From contig JAGWDQ010000053.1 of the NCBI GenBank assembly GCA_018260615.1, positions 10,898 through 74,897 of the forward strand: a DNA stretch of 64,000 nucleotides, in the 5' to 3' direction. The translations under genes were made by a program, and so were the position numbers. The notes under the pieces were generated by a model. The model saw nothing but the letters and a program-made list of their open reading frames with translations, made no database searches and was not told the origin of the DNA. Shown here piece after piece: positions 20,624-31,357 of this stretch (its first letter is position 1; the number at the start of each line of letters is the position of its first letter). Source of the stretch: Candidatus Altarchaeum sp. Its GTDB lineage: Archaea; Altiarchaeota; Altiarchaeia; Altiarchaeales; Altiarchaeaceae.

Positions 20624-22579
20624 TTATTTTTTAACCGCACCTGCCCAAATCCGTATAAGTCCCTTTGCCTGATTTCTCACATCGCTCTTTGTCATTCCTG
20701 TCTTCAATGCATTAAACGCGAGAATTCCGTAATTTTCTGACTTGTAATCATTGCACGCTTCGTCTATCTTTTCAGCAAGGGAAATTTTATCCGGCATGAC
20801 TTCTCCGTTTTGCGACGGGAAATTTTCATATTCAACCATATACCCGTTTCCTTCAACAACATTGCCATTTTCATCCCTTTTTGCCGGATTTAGACGCTCC
20901 GGAATTACACCGTCAGCCGTTGCTATTGTAGGTGCTCCGTTTTGCTGTGCTTTTGCATAGCCCGTAGGTCCGGCTTCTTTTCCTTTCCATGATAACATTC
21001 CGCTAAAATCAGTTCCCTGATTAAGTATGCTGGAATTAAATATATCGTAATTTTTAATAAATACAATGTGTTCTTTCATTCCGGAATCCCTGCTTATAAT
21101 TTCTTTAACCCTCTCTTCCTGTCTATTTCCATAATCGTCAAATTTTCTCCCGCCGATAAATATTACAGCATTGTTTTTAATTATTTTCTCGTTAAATTTT
21201 GCATCGCTAATAACATCTAAAACTATATCTACACATTTATAACTAACCAATCTTCTGACAAATGTGAAAAATGGCATACCTAAAAGGTCAATATTGTTAG
21301 TCCTTAATTCATCGCCGGTAAAATTTATTTTTCCGTAAGTTCCTTTGAGCAGTTCGGCAATAAAATTTTCCTTTTGTTGTCTTTTTGCATTCATCAGTTC
21401 GGCAATAAAATTTTTTTTAAATGAAGGATTATCCTCTAAACTGTTAAATAGCGATTCGTAATTTTTTGAGTCCGTTTTATTCATATAACTTTCAATAAGC
21501 CCTTTAATTTCTTCTCCCTGCCATCTGTCAATATACGCACCTTCGCTGTTTCCAAATATGTCATCGTAAGCAACCTTTTCTTTAAATTTTTTAAATATAT
21601 CATCTTTGAGAACATTTGTATGCATGACGGAACATCCGGTAATCACATCGCTAACCCTTCCGGTAATTTCTGTCAAATCCACAATTTTGTCATGGACAGT
21701 ATCACTAAACTCTTCGGATATATTCAATCCGGAAAACATATTAGCATGATAATGAGGAATTCCGGCAGGAACTATTGTGTGGTTGTAGTGATGAACAATT
21801 ATATTTTTGAATACCGGATCAGATTTGTATTCATCCTCAACAACAGACGGAATTGCCAGTGTTGTATTTACCTCGCTTGTAGAAAACAGCAAAACATTAT
21901 TGTTCGCGTTTTTGTTGTCATCTGATCTTTTTATATGTCCCTCTTTTATTTGTTCTTCAATAAACCTTAAAATAACCTTTCTGTAAAGCAAACTTTGAAC
22001 CGCCCTGAAATCATCATCCGAAGTTCCGCAGTATGCCTCGTGAAAAATTTCCGGACAGTAAAGCCAGTACTCTTTTAATTCCGAAAACGGATTCATATAA
22101 ATTTCTACATTTACTTTTTTAATTCCTTTTAAATTTATTTCTACATCTTTATAGACCTTTACTTTATCAAGGGATTCCTTTACTATCTCAACAATGTCTT
22201 TTTTAATTCCTTTTGAAACGATATTACCTTCGCCTTTTATGTATTTTGCATAAAGCACACCGAATACATGCAAATGTCTTCTGGCTTCAATACTTCCCCA
22301 GTATGTGCTCATCACATCATACCAACCTCTGACCAGATCCGGCTTAAAACTACCCAAACCCCCTGCCATAAGAAGTTTTGAAAATTCCCCGGTGTTGTAT
22401 CTCGCATCCTCATCGGAACATGTCTTAAATTTAATAAGTTTGTTGTAAAGTTCATTTAAAAATTTCATTGAAAGTTCATATTCCATTTGAAGTACAAATA
22501 TGTTTATAGCTCTTATTTTTTCCAGGGCATCAGTTAATGATTTTTCTTTTTCCGCACTGCATGCATCAGCATCATACAT
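20624..22579 (-). CDS. Alpha-glucan phosphorylase-like protein (GT35), divergent
   Basis: MEY..AGGLG, HTIVPAG, VRRLVSYK (cf. RRFATYKR), EAGPTGYAKAQQNG (cf. EASGTSGMKAAxNG). Confidence 0.7.
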   Translation of the reverse strand: MYDADACSAEKEKSLTDALEKIRAINIFVLQMEYELSMKFLNELYNKLIKFKTCSDEDARYNTGEFSKLLMAGGLGSFKPDLVRGWYDVMSTYWGSIEARRHLHVFGVLYAKYIKGEGNIVSKGIKKDIVEIVKESLDKVKVYKDVEINLKGIKKVNVEIYMNPFSELKEYWLYCPEIFHEAYCGTSDDDFRAVQSLLYRKVILRFIEEQIKEGHIKRSDDNKNANNNVLLFSTSEVNTTLAIPSVVEDEYKSDPVFKNIIVHHYNHTIVPAGIPHYHANMFSGLNISEEFSDTVHDKIVDLTEITGRVSDVITGCSVMHTNVLKDDIFKKFKEKVAYDDIFGNSEGAYIDRWQGEEIKGLIESYMNKTDSKNYESLFNSLEDNPSFKKNFIAELMNAKRQQKENFIAELLKGTYGKINFTGDELRTNNIDLLGMPFFTFVRRLVSYKCVDIVLDVISDAKFNEKIIKNNAVIFIGGRKFDDYGNRQEERVKEIISRDSGMKEHIVFIKNYDIFNSSILNQGTDFSGMLSWKGKEAGPTGYAKAQQNGAPTIATADGVIPERLNPAKRDENGNVVEGNGYMVEYENFPSQNGEVMPDKISLAEKIDEACNDYKSENYGILAFNALKTGMTKSDVRNQAKGLIRIWAGAVKK

Positions 22580-22679
22580 TTTGTTAAATTTCGGCTTTAT
22601 TTTTTTGTTAAATTTTGCTTAATGAATTAAAATTTCATGGTTTATTTTGGATATTATTCCTGAATCTGTAACTACAGCA

Positions 22680-23035
22680 AGATTTTGAAATTTTTGAAAT
22701 ATCCGAACGATTTTAAAATCCTCAAAGGATTTTTAAATACACGATTTTCAAAACTGCGGTTTTCAAATCGCATTTTCAAAACGCAGAGTTTTGAAAATCT
22801 CCGAGCAAGAGCGAGGTGAGAGTTTTGAAAATCTCCGAACGATTTTCAAAATCGCAGAGTTTTGAAAATACACGAACGAAGTGAGCGTAAGTGAGGTGAA
22901 GTTTTGAAAAGACACGAACAAAGTGAGCGGAACGAAGTGAGCGTAAGTGAGGTTATTTTTAAAATTGCAGAAATTTTAAAAATGCACGATTTACAAACGA
23001 AGTGAGTGGAATGGCAGTGAGCGTAAGTGAAGTGA
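22680..23035. repeat. Mosaic of REP-like hairpin repeats (reverse orientation of the 5480-5870 units)
   Basis: gttttgaaaatctccgagcaagagcgaggtgag and three gaacgaagtgagcg(taagtgaggt)-like units. Confidence 0.8.
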
Positions 23036-23040
23036 CATTA

Positions 23041-25245
23041 AACATGGATTTATACTTTCTTAAATAACATAACAAAAAATACATTGTAATGTAATAATTA
23101 TAGCTTCTGATTAGATTTTTAATTTTGTTCAAATAAAGTGTGTATAAGTTATTTCTTTTATAAAATATTATATTTGGTAGAATATCCTCCTCAATAATTA
23201 GTTATTCATCAAAGAATGTATTATTTGAATTCTATAAATTTTATTATTAATAGTTGATTCCTTTTTTCTTGAAAATAGTATTTAATTACATCTTTTTTTT
23301 AGAAATTACAAAAAATCTATAAAACTTTTTATTTTTAAGTATGTAAATGTAATATAATAATACAAAAATAAATTCTTAAATAAATAACAAAAATAAAATG
23401 AATTCCGAAACGAAAAAATAGATAAAGAATTGTTAAATGCTGTGGACTTGAATGAGATTGCCGAAGGGAATGAGGAGCACACAACCTTATTAGATATAGC
23501 AATGAGAAGAATATCCCTCAAAGAAGGGGCAAAACAATTAAATATTAGATATGGTGCTATCAGAGGAAGGATTTACAGAATTAAACATCGTAGCGACAAA
23601 TCAAAACCTTACAGTAAAAAACCAGGACCAAAATCAAGATATAAGATATCAGAACACAAAGATCTGATAAGAGAATATAGGAAAAAAGGCTTAACTTCAG
23701 AAGAGATAAGTAATGTGTTGAGGGAAACTATCAATGTAGATATATCTTCAATCACTATCGGCAGATTTTTAAGTGAAGAAGGATTCCTTAGACAGTACAA
23801 TAGAACCTCACGACAAAAAGAAGATACACTAATGGACATTAAAGATATCATCATAAGTTACAAAACAAAATATCATCATAAGTTACAAAACAAAAAATAG
23901 AAAAGACATTAATCAACTGATTAGGGACAAATTCGAGTCATTGTATGCAGGACTCGGTATATTCATGGCATTAATTGAAGAGTTGAATATCTTAAAAATA
24001 ATAAGAGATTCATACTTATCTAATGCAAGACTGATAGAAAGTTATGTTCTAACCATTCTCGGTTTAAAGCTTATCCAGAAGAAAAGACGTTCAGATATAG
24101 AATACTTAAGTGAGGAAGAAATGATTGCTTTATTCAGTGGCAGAGATAAAGTTTTGAGTTGCACGGCTTTGCACAGATTCGATTATGATATGAGAAAAGA
24201 CATGATGGAGAAAATGAAAATAATCTACATTCAAGTGTTAAGGAAATACCTAGATATGAGTGTGCTTAACATAGATTTCCATATAATCCCACATTTTGGA
24301 GAATCTGATGTGCTTGAAATTAATCACGTCTCTTCCAGAGGAAAGAATATGAAAGGGGCATTGGTTTTTCTTGTGCAAGATAGGGAAAGTAAAATATTCT
24401 CATACAGTCATGCAAATATAAAAAGAAGCGAAGCAAGTGATGAAACCATAAAGTTTTTAGAAAAAATTGAAAAGATAAAAATAAAACCAGAATGGCTGGT
24501 TATCGATTCAAAAGTGACCAAATACAAAAATATAGCAAAGATAAAGGCACGGGGAGTTGATGTAGTCACTATACGGCGTAGGGGTGAGAAGATGATCGAA
24601 GAGGTCGAGAATGCAAAAAAGGATCCAAACGTCTGGACAACAGTAAGAATTAAACGCACAAAAGGAGGATGGGAAAAAATAAAGGTTTGGACAAAAACGA
24701 TAACTGTTGGTTATCGCGACGATGACAAAAAGTGAAAAAAAATAAAAATGCGGCAATTAGCAGTTATCAATAGTCACGAAAAGCCGATGTTCATAATAAC
24801 CACGGATTTCAAACATTCTATAAAAGATATTGTTGAAATGTATCCTCCTCGCTGGTTAATAGAACTTGGAATAAAAACACAGACAAAATTTTTTGATCTT
24901 AATCAATTAGCATCCGACCTTGATGTAAAAATGGATTTCGATACTTTTTTAACACAAATCGCACATATGCTTTATCAGATACTGGCAAAAAATTTATATT
25001 GTCATGAAAATTCGGAGCCTGAAAAAATATATCAAAAATTTATTGAAGGCGCTGGAAAAATAAATGTATATGATGATAAAGTGGTTGTACGGTTAAAGAA
25101 GAAAAGATCAACGGGTTATTTGATTAATGCACCTATTTTAGAGGGGTGGGTTGATGGAGGAAAAAATATCTCGTGGTTAGGAAAGAAACTAGAGATTATC
25201 TGGGAATAAAATGTTATGGAAATTATGAAAGTATAAATCCATGTT
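23041..25245 (+). mobile_element. Insertion sequence with 19-bp terminal inverted repeats
   Basis: aacatggatttatactttc at 23041-23059 and its exact reverse complement gaaagtataaatccatgtt at 25227-25245 bracket transposase fragments. Confidence 0.85.
23398..25209 (+). pseudogene. HTH + DDE transposase pseudogene (IS4-superfamily-like; exact family not assigned)
   Basis: HTH ORF 23430-23900, catalytic ORFs with IDFH / VIDS / YPPRWLIE; 25-bp tandem duplication at 23845-23894 and in-frame TGA at 24733-24735 split the gene. Confidence 0.8.
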
Positions 25246-25742
25246 CAATATATGATGATGTTTTGTTTAGTGTGAATGAGAAAGGAATTTCTGTAAATGT
25301 GGTATTTTGAGCTCCTGAAAAATGTTATTTTTAAGATTTTGTGAAAAATCTTGTGAAGAAAAATGGCTGATCATAAATTTTTGAGATTTTTTATCAAATA
25401 TTTCTAAACGTAAAACAAATAATTAACCATATTTTTGCGAAATGGGAAACTTTTGTAAAAAGTTAATTTATAAAGCACTAATTATTAAAGTTATTGTAAT
25501 TAAATTTAATATAATTAATTACTCGAAAAAACCATTTAGTTTTGAGTATATAAATATTAGAATTGCTATAGTAACATTTATAGAGTGATGAAAATGTCCC
25601 AAATTAAGCAAATTTCAAATTTTTGTGTCGCCCGATTATATTGATTTTGAAAATGCGATTTTCCAAAAAAAAAATAGGGTTTTTCAACACTCTTAACAAA
25701 TCAGAAAATTAAATGATTTTTTAAAATAATTAGTTTTGTATA

Positions 25743-26378
25743 GTGAAAAATATCAAAATGAAACCGTACATAATATTAAATACCGCAATGAGTTTGGATG
25801 GAAGAATTGCGAGGAAAGGGGAAAGAGTTGTGTTTTCCAATGAGTTGGATAAAGCGAGAAGAGATGAAATAAGGAAGAGTGTTGACGGAATAATGGTGGG
25901 AATAAATACGGTCTTAATAGACAATCCCAAATTAACCGTTAGCGAAAAAAGAGAAGAAAATCCGGCGAGAATAATAATAGATAGTCATGGAAAAGTTCCG
26001 GACGATGCTAATGTCCTGAATGACAAAGCAAAAAACATAGTAGTTGTATCAATGGATGCGGAGCCATACAGAATAGAAGAATTAGCAGGAAAGGCGTCTG
26101 TAATTGTATGCGGAGATGACGAGGTTGATGTTGTCAAACTGATGGATGAACTTTATAAAAGAGGAATAAAAAGAATTTTGTTAGAAGGAGGGGGACATCT
26201 GAATAAAAGTATGCTGGAAGCAAATTTAATTGATGAAATTTATGTTTCGGTTGCTCCGGTTGTTATCGGTGACGGAGTAAATTTAGTTGAAGGAGTAATG
26301 GACGAAAGAAAATTAACCCTTGCAGGCATAAGACAGATTGGAGATATGGTTGTATTGAAGTATTTTCCAAAAAAGTAG
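25743..26378 (+). CDS. arfC: 2,5-diamino-6-(ribosylamino)-4(3H)-pyrimidinone 5'-phosphate reductase (RibD C-terminal domain, archaeal)
   Basis: AMSLDGRIA, MVGINTVLIDNPKL, LLEGGGHLN. Confidence 0.85.
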   Translation: MKNIKMKPYIILNTAMSLDGRIARKGERVVFSNELDKARRDEIRKSVDGIMVGINTVLIDNPKLTVSEKREENPARIIIDSHGKVPDDANVLNDKAKNIVVVSMDAEPYRIEELAGKASVIVCGDDEVDVVKLMDELYKRGIKRILLEGGGHLNKSMLEANLIDEIYVSVAPVVIGDGVNLVEGVMDERKLTLAGIRQIGDMVVLKYFPKK

Positions 26379-26430
26379 GCAAACATAACTTTTGTTGTTA
26401 AATTTACAAATTTTGCATTTCATTAAATTT

Positions 26431-27438
26431 TTATTCGCCTTTATTTTTTAAATTTTTTATTGCCTCTGCCGCTTCATTCCTGACAATTTGTACCTGATCA
26501 TTTAAGGCATCATTAACTGCATGCAATGCACTTTTATCACCTATTTGTCCAAGAGATCTTATTGCCCTCCATCTGACTTGCACATCTTCGTCTTTTAGTG
26601 TTTTAATTATATGAGGTACGGCATCGGGGTTTTGCATATCTCCGAGAATTTCACACGCTCTCCATCTTATTGTACTATCTTCATCCGAAAGTAATTTTAT
26701 TAATCTGCTCATACATTTCTCCGCTCCTGTTCTTATTAATGCATCGGCAGCACCTCTCCACACATACCAATTCGTATCTTTTAGCATATCAATCAGGGGT
26801 TTTATGGCTCTATCATCTCCTATTTTTCCCAATGCCAATGCCGCTTCTCTTATAACATATTCTTTACCATCATGTAATGTTCTAATGAGCGGCTCAACTG
26901 CTTTTACACATCCGATATTTCCCAATGCCAGTGCCGCTTCTCTTCTAACATACCACTCGGAATTTTTTAATTCGGCGATAAGAGCATCAACTGACTTTTC
27001 GTCCTGAATTTTTCCAAGTGCTTCTATTATGTCCCTTTTAAGATACACATCTCTTTCTTCTTTTAATAATTTTACAAGTGCTTCCGTTGCCTTTTTGCTA
27101 CCTATCTTTCCTAATACATGGATTGCCTCTTTTTTTACACACCAATCACTATCACATAGTTTTTCAATTAATGACTTTATAGATATTATCTCACTTGTTC
27201 CATCTTTTATTTTTCCAATTGCAATTACCGCATCTTTCCTTACACTCCATTCGTGGTCATTTAGTGCTTCTATTAAATATTTCAGATATTTGACCTGCAT
27301 TCTTTCTCCGATAGAAGATATAGCTGCGCGTCTTATATCACAATCCCTGTGCTTAAGAATAGTAATTGTCTTTTGTTCGTCTTCCATTATTCCGTCTATT
27401 GCCAAATTATTTAAATTTTCCTTTGGTAAATTTCCCAT
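26431..27438 (-). CDS. HEAT-repeat (PBS lyase-like) protein
   Basis: About nine VRxxAxxALGxIGDxxAVxxL repeats. Confidence 0.9.
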   Translation of the reverse strand: MGNLPKENLNNLAIDGIMEDEQKTITILKHRDCDIRRAAISSIGERMQVKYLKYLIEALNDHEWSVRKDAVIAIGKIKDGTSEIISIKSLIEKLCDSDWCVKKEAIHVLGKIGSKKATEALVKLLKEERDVYLKRDIIEALGKIQDEKSVDALIAELKNSEWYVRREAALALGNIGCVKAVEPLIRTLHDGKEYVIREAALALGKIGDDRAIKPLIDMLKDTNWYVWRGAADALIRTGAEKCMSRLIKLLSDEDSTIRWRACEILGDMQNPDAVPHIIKTLKDEDVQVRWRAIRSLGQIGDKSALHAVNDALNDQVQIVRNEAAEAIKNLKNKGE

Positions 27439-27793
27439 TTGTTAATTAATAATAAAATATATATATATATATTTCAACCAGATATATTATAACAACTTGA
27501 TGTAAATAATTACATTTCAAAAATATATTTAAATTGATACTAAAAAATACATTGTGAAATATTACGGATGATTACTACAATTAAATAAATAGTAATGAAC
27601 AGCATATATTTTACACATTGAACTCGTGTTCAAAATTTTCAGGTTCATACATAATCCACCTGTGAACTCAACAGGTTGTAAGAAAAAATATAAATTTTAA
27701 AATTTAAGGTAACTCTTTAGTCGCCCTGAAAAAAATACACAAACGACATTGCGTTAGCGAGGTTAAATTTTCTATCCTCCAAATGGTTACAAT

Positions 27794-29185
27794 TTAATTG
27801 CTTCCTATCATTACATTTCTTATCCTCACAGGCGGATTTATCCCGTCAACAGGAACATCCTGCCCTCCTTTTCCACACATACCCGGCGATAAAGCAGCAT
27901 ACTTTTTCTTCCCGACTGCTTCTATATTCTTCAGGACATCAAATATATTTCCCATGAGCGAGACGCCTTTCAGGATTTCGCCAACCTCTCCGTTCTTAAT
28001 TTTATAGCACTCCTTTGCATAGAACTGAAATGTTCCTTTTGTTATATCTACCTCGCCACCCCGGCTTCCTTTTAAGTAAAATCCGTCTTTAATTTCTGAA
28101 ATCATATCATCTAACTCATAATCCTGTGGCTCAATAAAGGTATTTGACATCCTGACCAATGGCATTGAATTTCCCTGAGCCCGTGCATTTCCGGGTTTGG
28201 ATTCACTCTTATTTCCAAGTGTTGCCGATGTTTCCCGCGAATGTAAAAAATTTTCCAAAATGCCGTTTTTTATTATGTACTTCTTTTTTGCTTTTATTCC
28301 TTCATCATCGTAAAAGAAACTTCCGAACAGCCCTTCAATTGTAGGGTCATCAACAACATTTATTGATGTGGAAATTTTCTTTTTAATTAAATTTTCCAGA
28401 CAGGACTCTCCATGAATTATAGCATCTCCTTCTGCCGCATGCCCGAGTGCTTCGTGAATTATTACGCCTGTCAGGTCTCCGTCAGCAACAACAGGAAAAT
28501 TTCCGCCATGAACATTTTTTCCGGTAAGCATTTTAATAACATCATGTGCGGCTTTATCAACCTCTTCTTCAAAATGAGCGGTTGTTTCAAATCCGGCTGT
28601 TTTTGCATATTTTGAAAAATTTGTTTCTCTTCTGTTGTTTTCTTCCGCCATCATTTCCGTGCCGACAATAACTTTGACCTCTTTCTGTTCTATTTCACTT
28701 CCTTCGGAGTTCATAAATTTCTTTTCCGCTTCAACATCGGAATATGAAAAAAATTTGCTCTTTATTCTTCTGTCATCTATCTTTTTATCATAATCAAAAA
28801 GTAAATTTATTTTTTGCTCAAGCGGAATATCGGATGGCAAAATTTTGACATTTGTTTGCACGGAGTCCTTTACTGCCCTTCCCGTCCAAATTTTAATATC
28901 TCTTTTTGAAAACAGATGCGAAATTTTTGCATTTTTTAAAGCCGTCTTTGCTGTGTTCTCAATATTCTCAATTGTCTTGCCGGCAGGTTGTAAGGAACTG
29001 CTTGCGAATCCCCATCCGTTTTTATACAACACTCTTATTGAAAACGAAGATGTTGCCGAATTGGCAATTTTGTGAATTTTTCCGTTCCACACCGAAATAC
29101 CGTTTGTTTCTCCGCTTATCGTTTTAAATTCCCAATATCTTACATTATGATTTAAAATTTTTTCAATCACATTTATTGTTTCCAT
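27794..29185 (-). CDS. tldD: TldD/PmbA-family metalloprotease (TldD type)
   Basis: HEALGH metal motif, FYDDEG, PGNARAQ, VRMSNTFIEP, CGKGGQDVPV. Confidence 0.9.
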   Translation of the reverse strand: METINVIEKILNHNVRYWEFKTISGETNGISVWNGKIHKIANSATSSFSIRVLYKNGWGFASSSLQPAGKTIENIENTAKTALKNAKISHLFSKRDIKIWTGRAVKDSVQTNVKILPSDIPLEQKINLLFDYDKKIDDRRIKSKFFSYSDVEAEKKFMNSEGSEIEQKEVKVIVGTEMMAEENNRRETNFSKYAKTAGFETTAHFEEEVDKAAHDVIKMLTGKNVHGGNFPVVADGDLTGVIIHEALGHAAEGDAIIHGESCLENLIKKKISTSINVVDDPTIEGLFGSFFYDDEGIKAKKKYIIKNGILENFLHSRETSATLGNKSESKPGNARAQGNSMPLVRMSNTFIEPQDYELDDMISEIKDGFYLKGSRGGEVDITKGTFQFYAKECYKIKNGEVGEILKGVSLMGNIFDVLKNIEAVGKKKYAALSPGMCGKGGQDVPVDGINPPVRIRNVMIGSN

Positions 29186-29222
29186 AATTATAAATTAAAA
29201 TTTCATTTGAAATATTAGGAAA

Positions 29223-29816
29223 GTGTTAAATCCGACAATTTTTGCGGTAATGCCAATGGGAAAAAGTAAAAGAATAGAAAATAAGCCGTTTGTTAAATTT
29301 AACAGCAAATTTCTTTTTATGCACGGCTATGAAATTTTGAGCAAAATTTTTCCGACATTCCTCGTTTGCCACCCTGATGTTGAAGGAAAAGTAAAGGAAA
29401 TTTTGAAGGATAGAAATATTATAAGTGATACTCTAAACATCGGACCTCTCGGAGCATTATATCTTGCGGCAAAAGGCATGACCTGCGATTATATATTTTT
29501 TGTCGGATGCGATATGCCTTTTCTGAATAGAGAAGTTATTAAATTTATGTGCGGACAGATTGATAACAATATTGGCGGTGTCGTTTTAAAAAGAGAAAAA
29601 TTTGAGCCGCTGCACGCGATATACGGAAGAAAATTTGTTCTTGAGACAGCCGGGAAAATGATTAAAAACAATGAAAGAAAAATTTCAGGCATGATAGAAA
29701 AAAACACAGACAGATTTAACATTATTGACATTGATAATTCCGAACTGAAAAAATTTGACCCGGAAATTAAATTTTTAAATGATATAGATACTGCCGATGA
29801 CCTGAAAAAATTTTAA
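29223..29816 (+). CDS. MobA-like NTP transferase (molybdenum cofactor guanylyltransferase-like), degenerate N-terminal motif
   Basis: GPLGALY, VGCDMPFL, EPLHAIY, NDIDTADDL; the usual LAGGxSxRMG is replaced by MPMGKSKRI. Confidence 0.7.
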   Translation: MLNPTIFAVMPMGKSKRIENKPFVKFNSKFLFMHGYEILSKIFPTFLVCHPDVEGKVKEILKDRNIISDTLNIGPLGALYLAAKGMTCDYIFFVGCDMPFLNREVIKFMCGQIDNNIGGVVLKREKFEPLHAIYGRKFVLETAGKMIKNNERKISGMIEKNTDRFNIIDIDNSELKKFDPEIKFLNDIDTADDLKKF

Positions 29817-29855
29817 TTTTTTACTATTCTATAATGTCTGTGTTTTTCATTGGTC

Positions 29856-30062
29856 ACTCACACGAGACACAGTCACCTCACTTACACTCATTTTTCAAAC
29901 GATTTCGTTTGAAAAATCCACGAACAAAAGTGAGCGGACTTCGTTCATGTATTTTAAATTTTCTACAAATTTAAAATCGTTCGGAGATTTTCAAAATACT
30001 CTGTGGCTTTGTGTGATTTCAAAATCTTGCAGATTTTGAAATCTCCGAACGAAGTGAGGTGA
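29856..30062. repeat. Mosaic palindromic repeat upstream of tRNA-Ser
   Basis: ctcacacgagacacagtcacctcac ... ctctgtggctttgtgtga enclosing ttcggagattttcaaaa units. Confidence 0.75.
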
Positions 30063-30128
30063 ATATTTTATTATTTTTTATCACAATATTAATTTTTAAT
30101 GTTAGTTTTTAATAGTTATCTTATTTGT

Positions 30129-30212
30129 GCCGAGGTGGCAGAGTGGTTTAATGCGCCAGCCTTGAGAGCTGGTTCCTGCGAAGGTGCCTGAGTTCGAATC
30201 TCAGCCTCGGCG
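30129..30212 (+). tRNA. tRNA-Ser(UGA)
   Basis: Acceptor GCCGAGG/CCTCGGC, discriminator G, anticodon arm ccagc-CTTGAGA-gctgg, long variable arm, TTCGAAT loop. Confidence 0.92.
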
Positions 30213-30554
30213 AATTTATGTATTTAAATTTATTCTCATCGGATAAAAATTTGGTTCTTATTTTTGATAGCGAAGTGCTATTTTAAATTTTACAAGTTTA
30301 AATCACACCTTGCAATATGAAAATCAATATAATTTAATTTATACCTGAGTTTGAAAGATATTTAAAAAATGTCTAAAAACACCTTTAAAATTGTCTTTTT
30401 GTTGCCATGTCAATTTTACAATTTTAAAGGTCAAAACCCCATAACTTTCAAAGACAGGTTATACTTAAAATTAATATGGTGTATTTATTTACCTTTATTG
30501 GTTAATTAATATTTAATTAAAAAAATAAAAAAGTTTAAATCACACTATGTAAAG

Positions 30555-31229
30555 ATGGAAACAGGATTTAACAACACGGAAAATTTGGAGATGGGAAAAG
30601 ATAATAACAGTGAAATTGAAAAGATAATAGAGAATGCGTGGAAAATGTTTTGTGAATATTATGATGGTAAGGTATCCGAATATGCAAAACAATTGAAGGA
30701 TGACAAAAAAAGGGCTAATTCACATTGGATATGCTGGAACGAATCTGATTTAATGCTTCAATTCGGGCGATTCTTTTACAAAGAATTAGATAAGATTGAT
30801 TCTAAAATTGAAATACACTTTGATAAAAATTTAAATAAGAATAATTTTAAGCCTGGTGACTATACCTTTGCTAATAAATTACCAGAATTAAAAAACAATC
30901 TCGGCAGATGCCCCAAAGTAGATTTAATAATTACGCCGGAAGATGATTACGTTCAGTTTTTAATATGCGGAGAAGCAAAATATTTTCATTGTTCAGAAGA
31001 ATCTATATCTCGGGGTGGACGAACTGCGGAAGAATCTATAGAAAAGGACTTTAAAACCTTGTCAGCAATAAAAAAATTAGGTATTGCAAAGAATGTTGTA
31101 TTTATTATCTTTGATGATTATTATTACTATAAAGAGCCTGAAAAATCTAAAAATATTGAAAATTTATTAGAGAAATACAATAAAGAAATAAAAATATTGT
31201 ACCACGATTCCCATGCAAAAACGAAGTAA
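30555..31229 (+). CDS. Hypothetical PD-(D/E)xK nuclease-fold protein
   Basis: PKVDLII...CGEAKY pattern; lies just downstream of a tRNA. Confidence 0.55.
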   Translation: METGFNNTENLEMGKDNNSEIEKIIENAWKMFCEYYDGKVSEYAKQLKDDKKRANSHWICWNESDLMLQFGRFFYKELDKIDSKIEIHFDKNLNKNNFKPGDYTFANKLPELKNNLGRCPKVDLIITPEDDYVQFLICGEAKYFHCSEESISRGGRTAEESIEKDFKTLSAIKKLGIAKNVVFIIFDDYYYYKEPEKSKNIENLLEKYNKEIKILYHDSHAKTK

Positions 31230-31357
31230 ATGTTTAAAGGATGGTTTTTAAACAGCAGATTTTGACATAGTGTTATATATTTTGCTGTCACGAAAAATTG
31301 CGGCGGTGAAATTGGTTTAAATTGCAATATGTAGTATGGGAATGCAATAACGCTTTT

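Noticed and set aside
22860-23035. Repeated gaacgaagtgagcg units as a possible CRISPR array
   Set aside because: Irregular spacing, degenerate repeats, spacers made of other repeat units, and no cas genes in the window.
24733-24735. In-frame TGA as evidence of stop-codon reassignment or selenocysteine
   Set aside because: TGA terminates several ordinary genes here (pyrI, dprA, pan), and the transposase has other inactivating lesions.
27440-27790. Long intergenic region checked for an RNA gene or repeat
   Set aside because: No supportable structure, repeat-family match or ORF found by eye.
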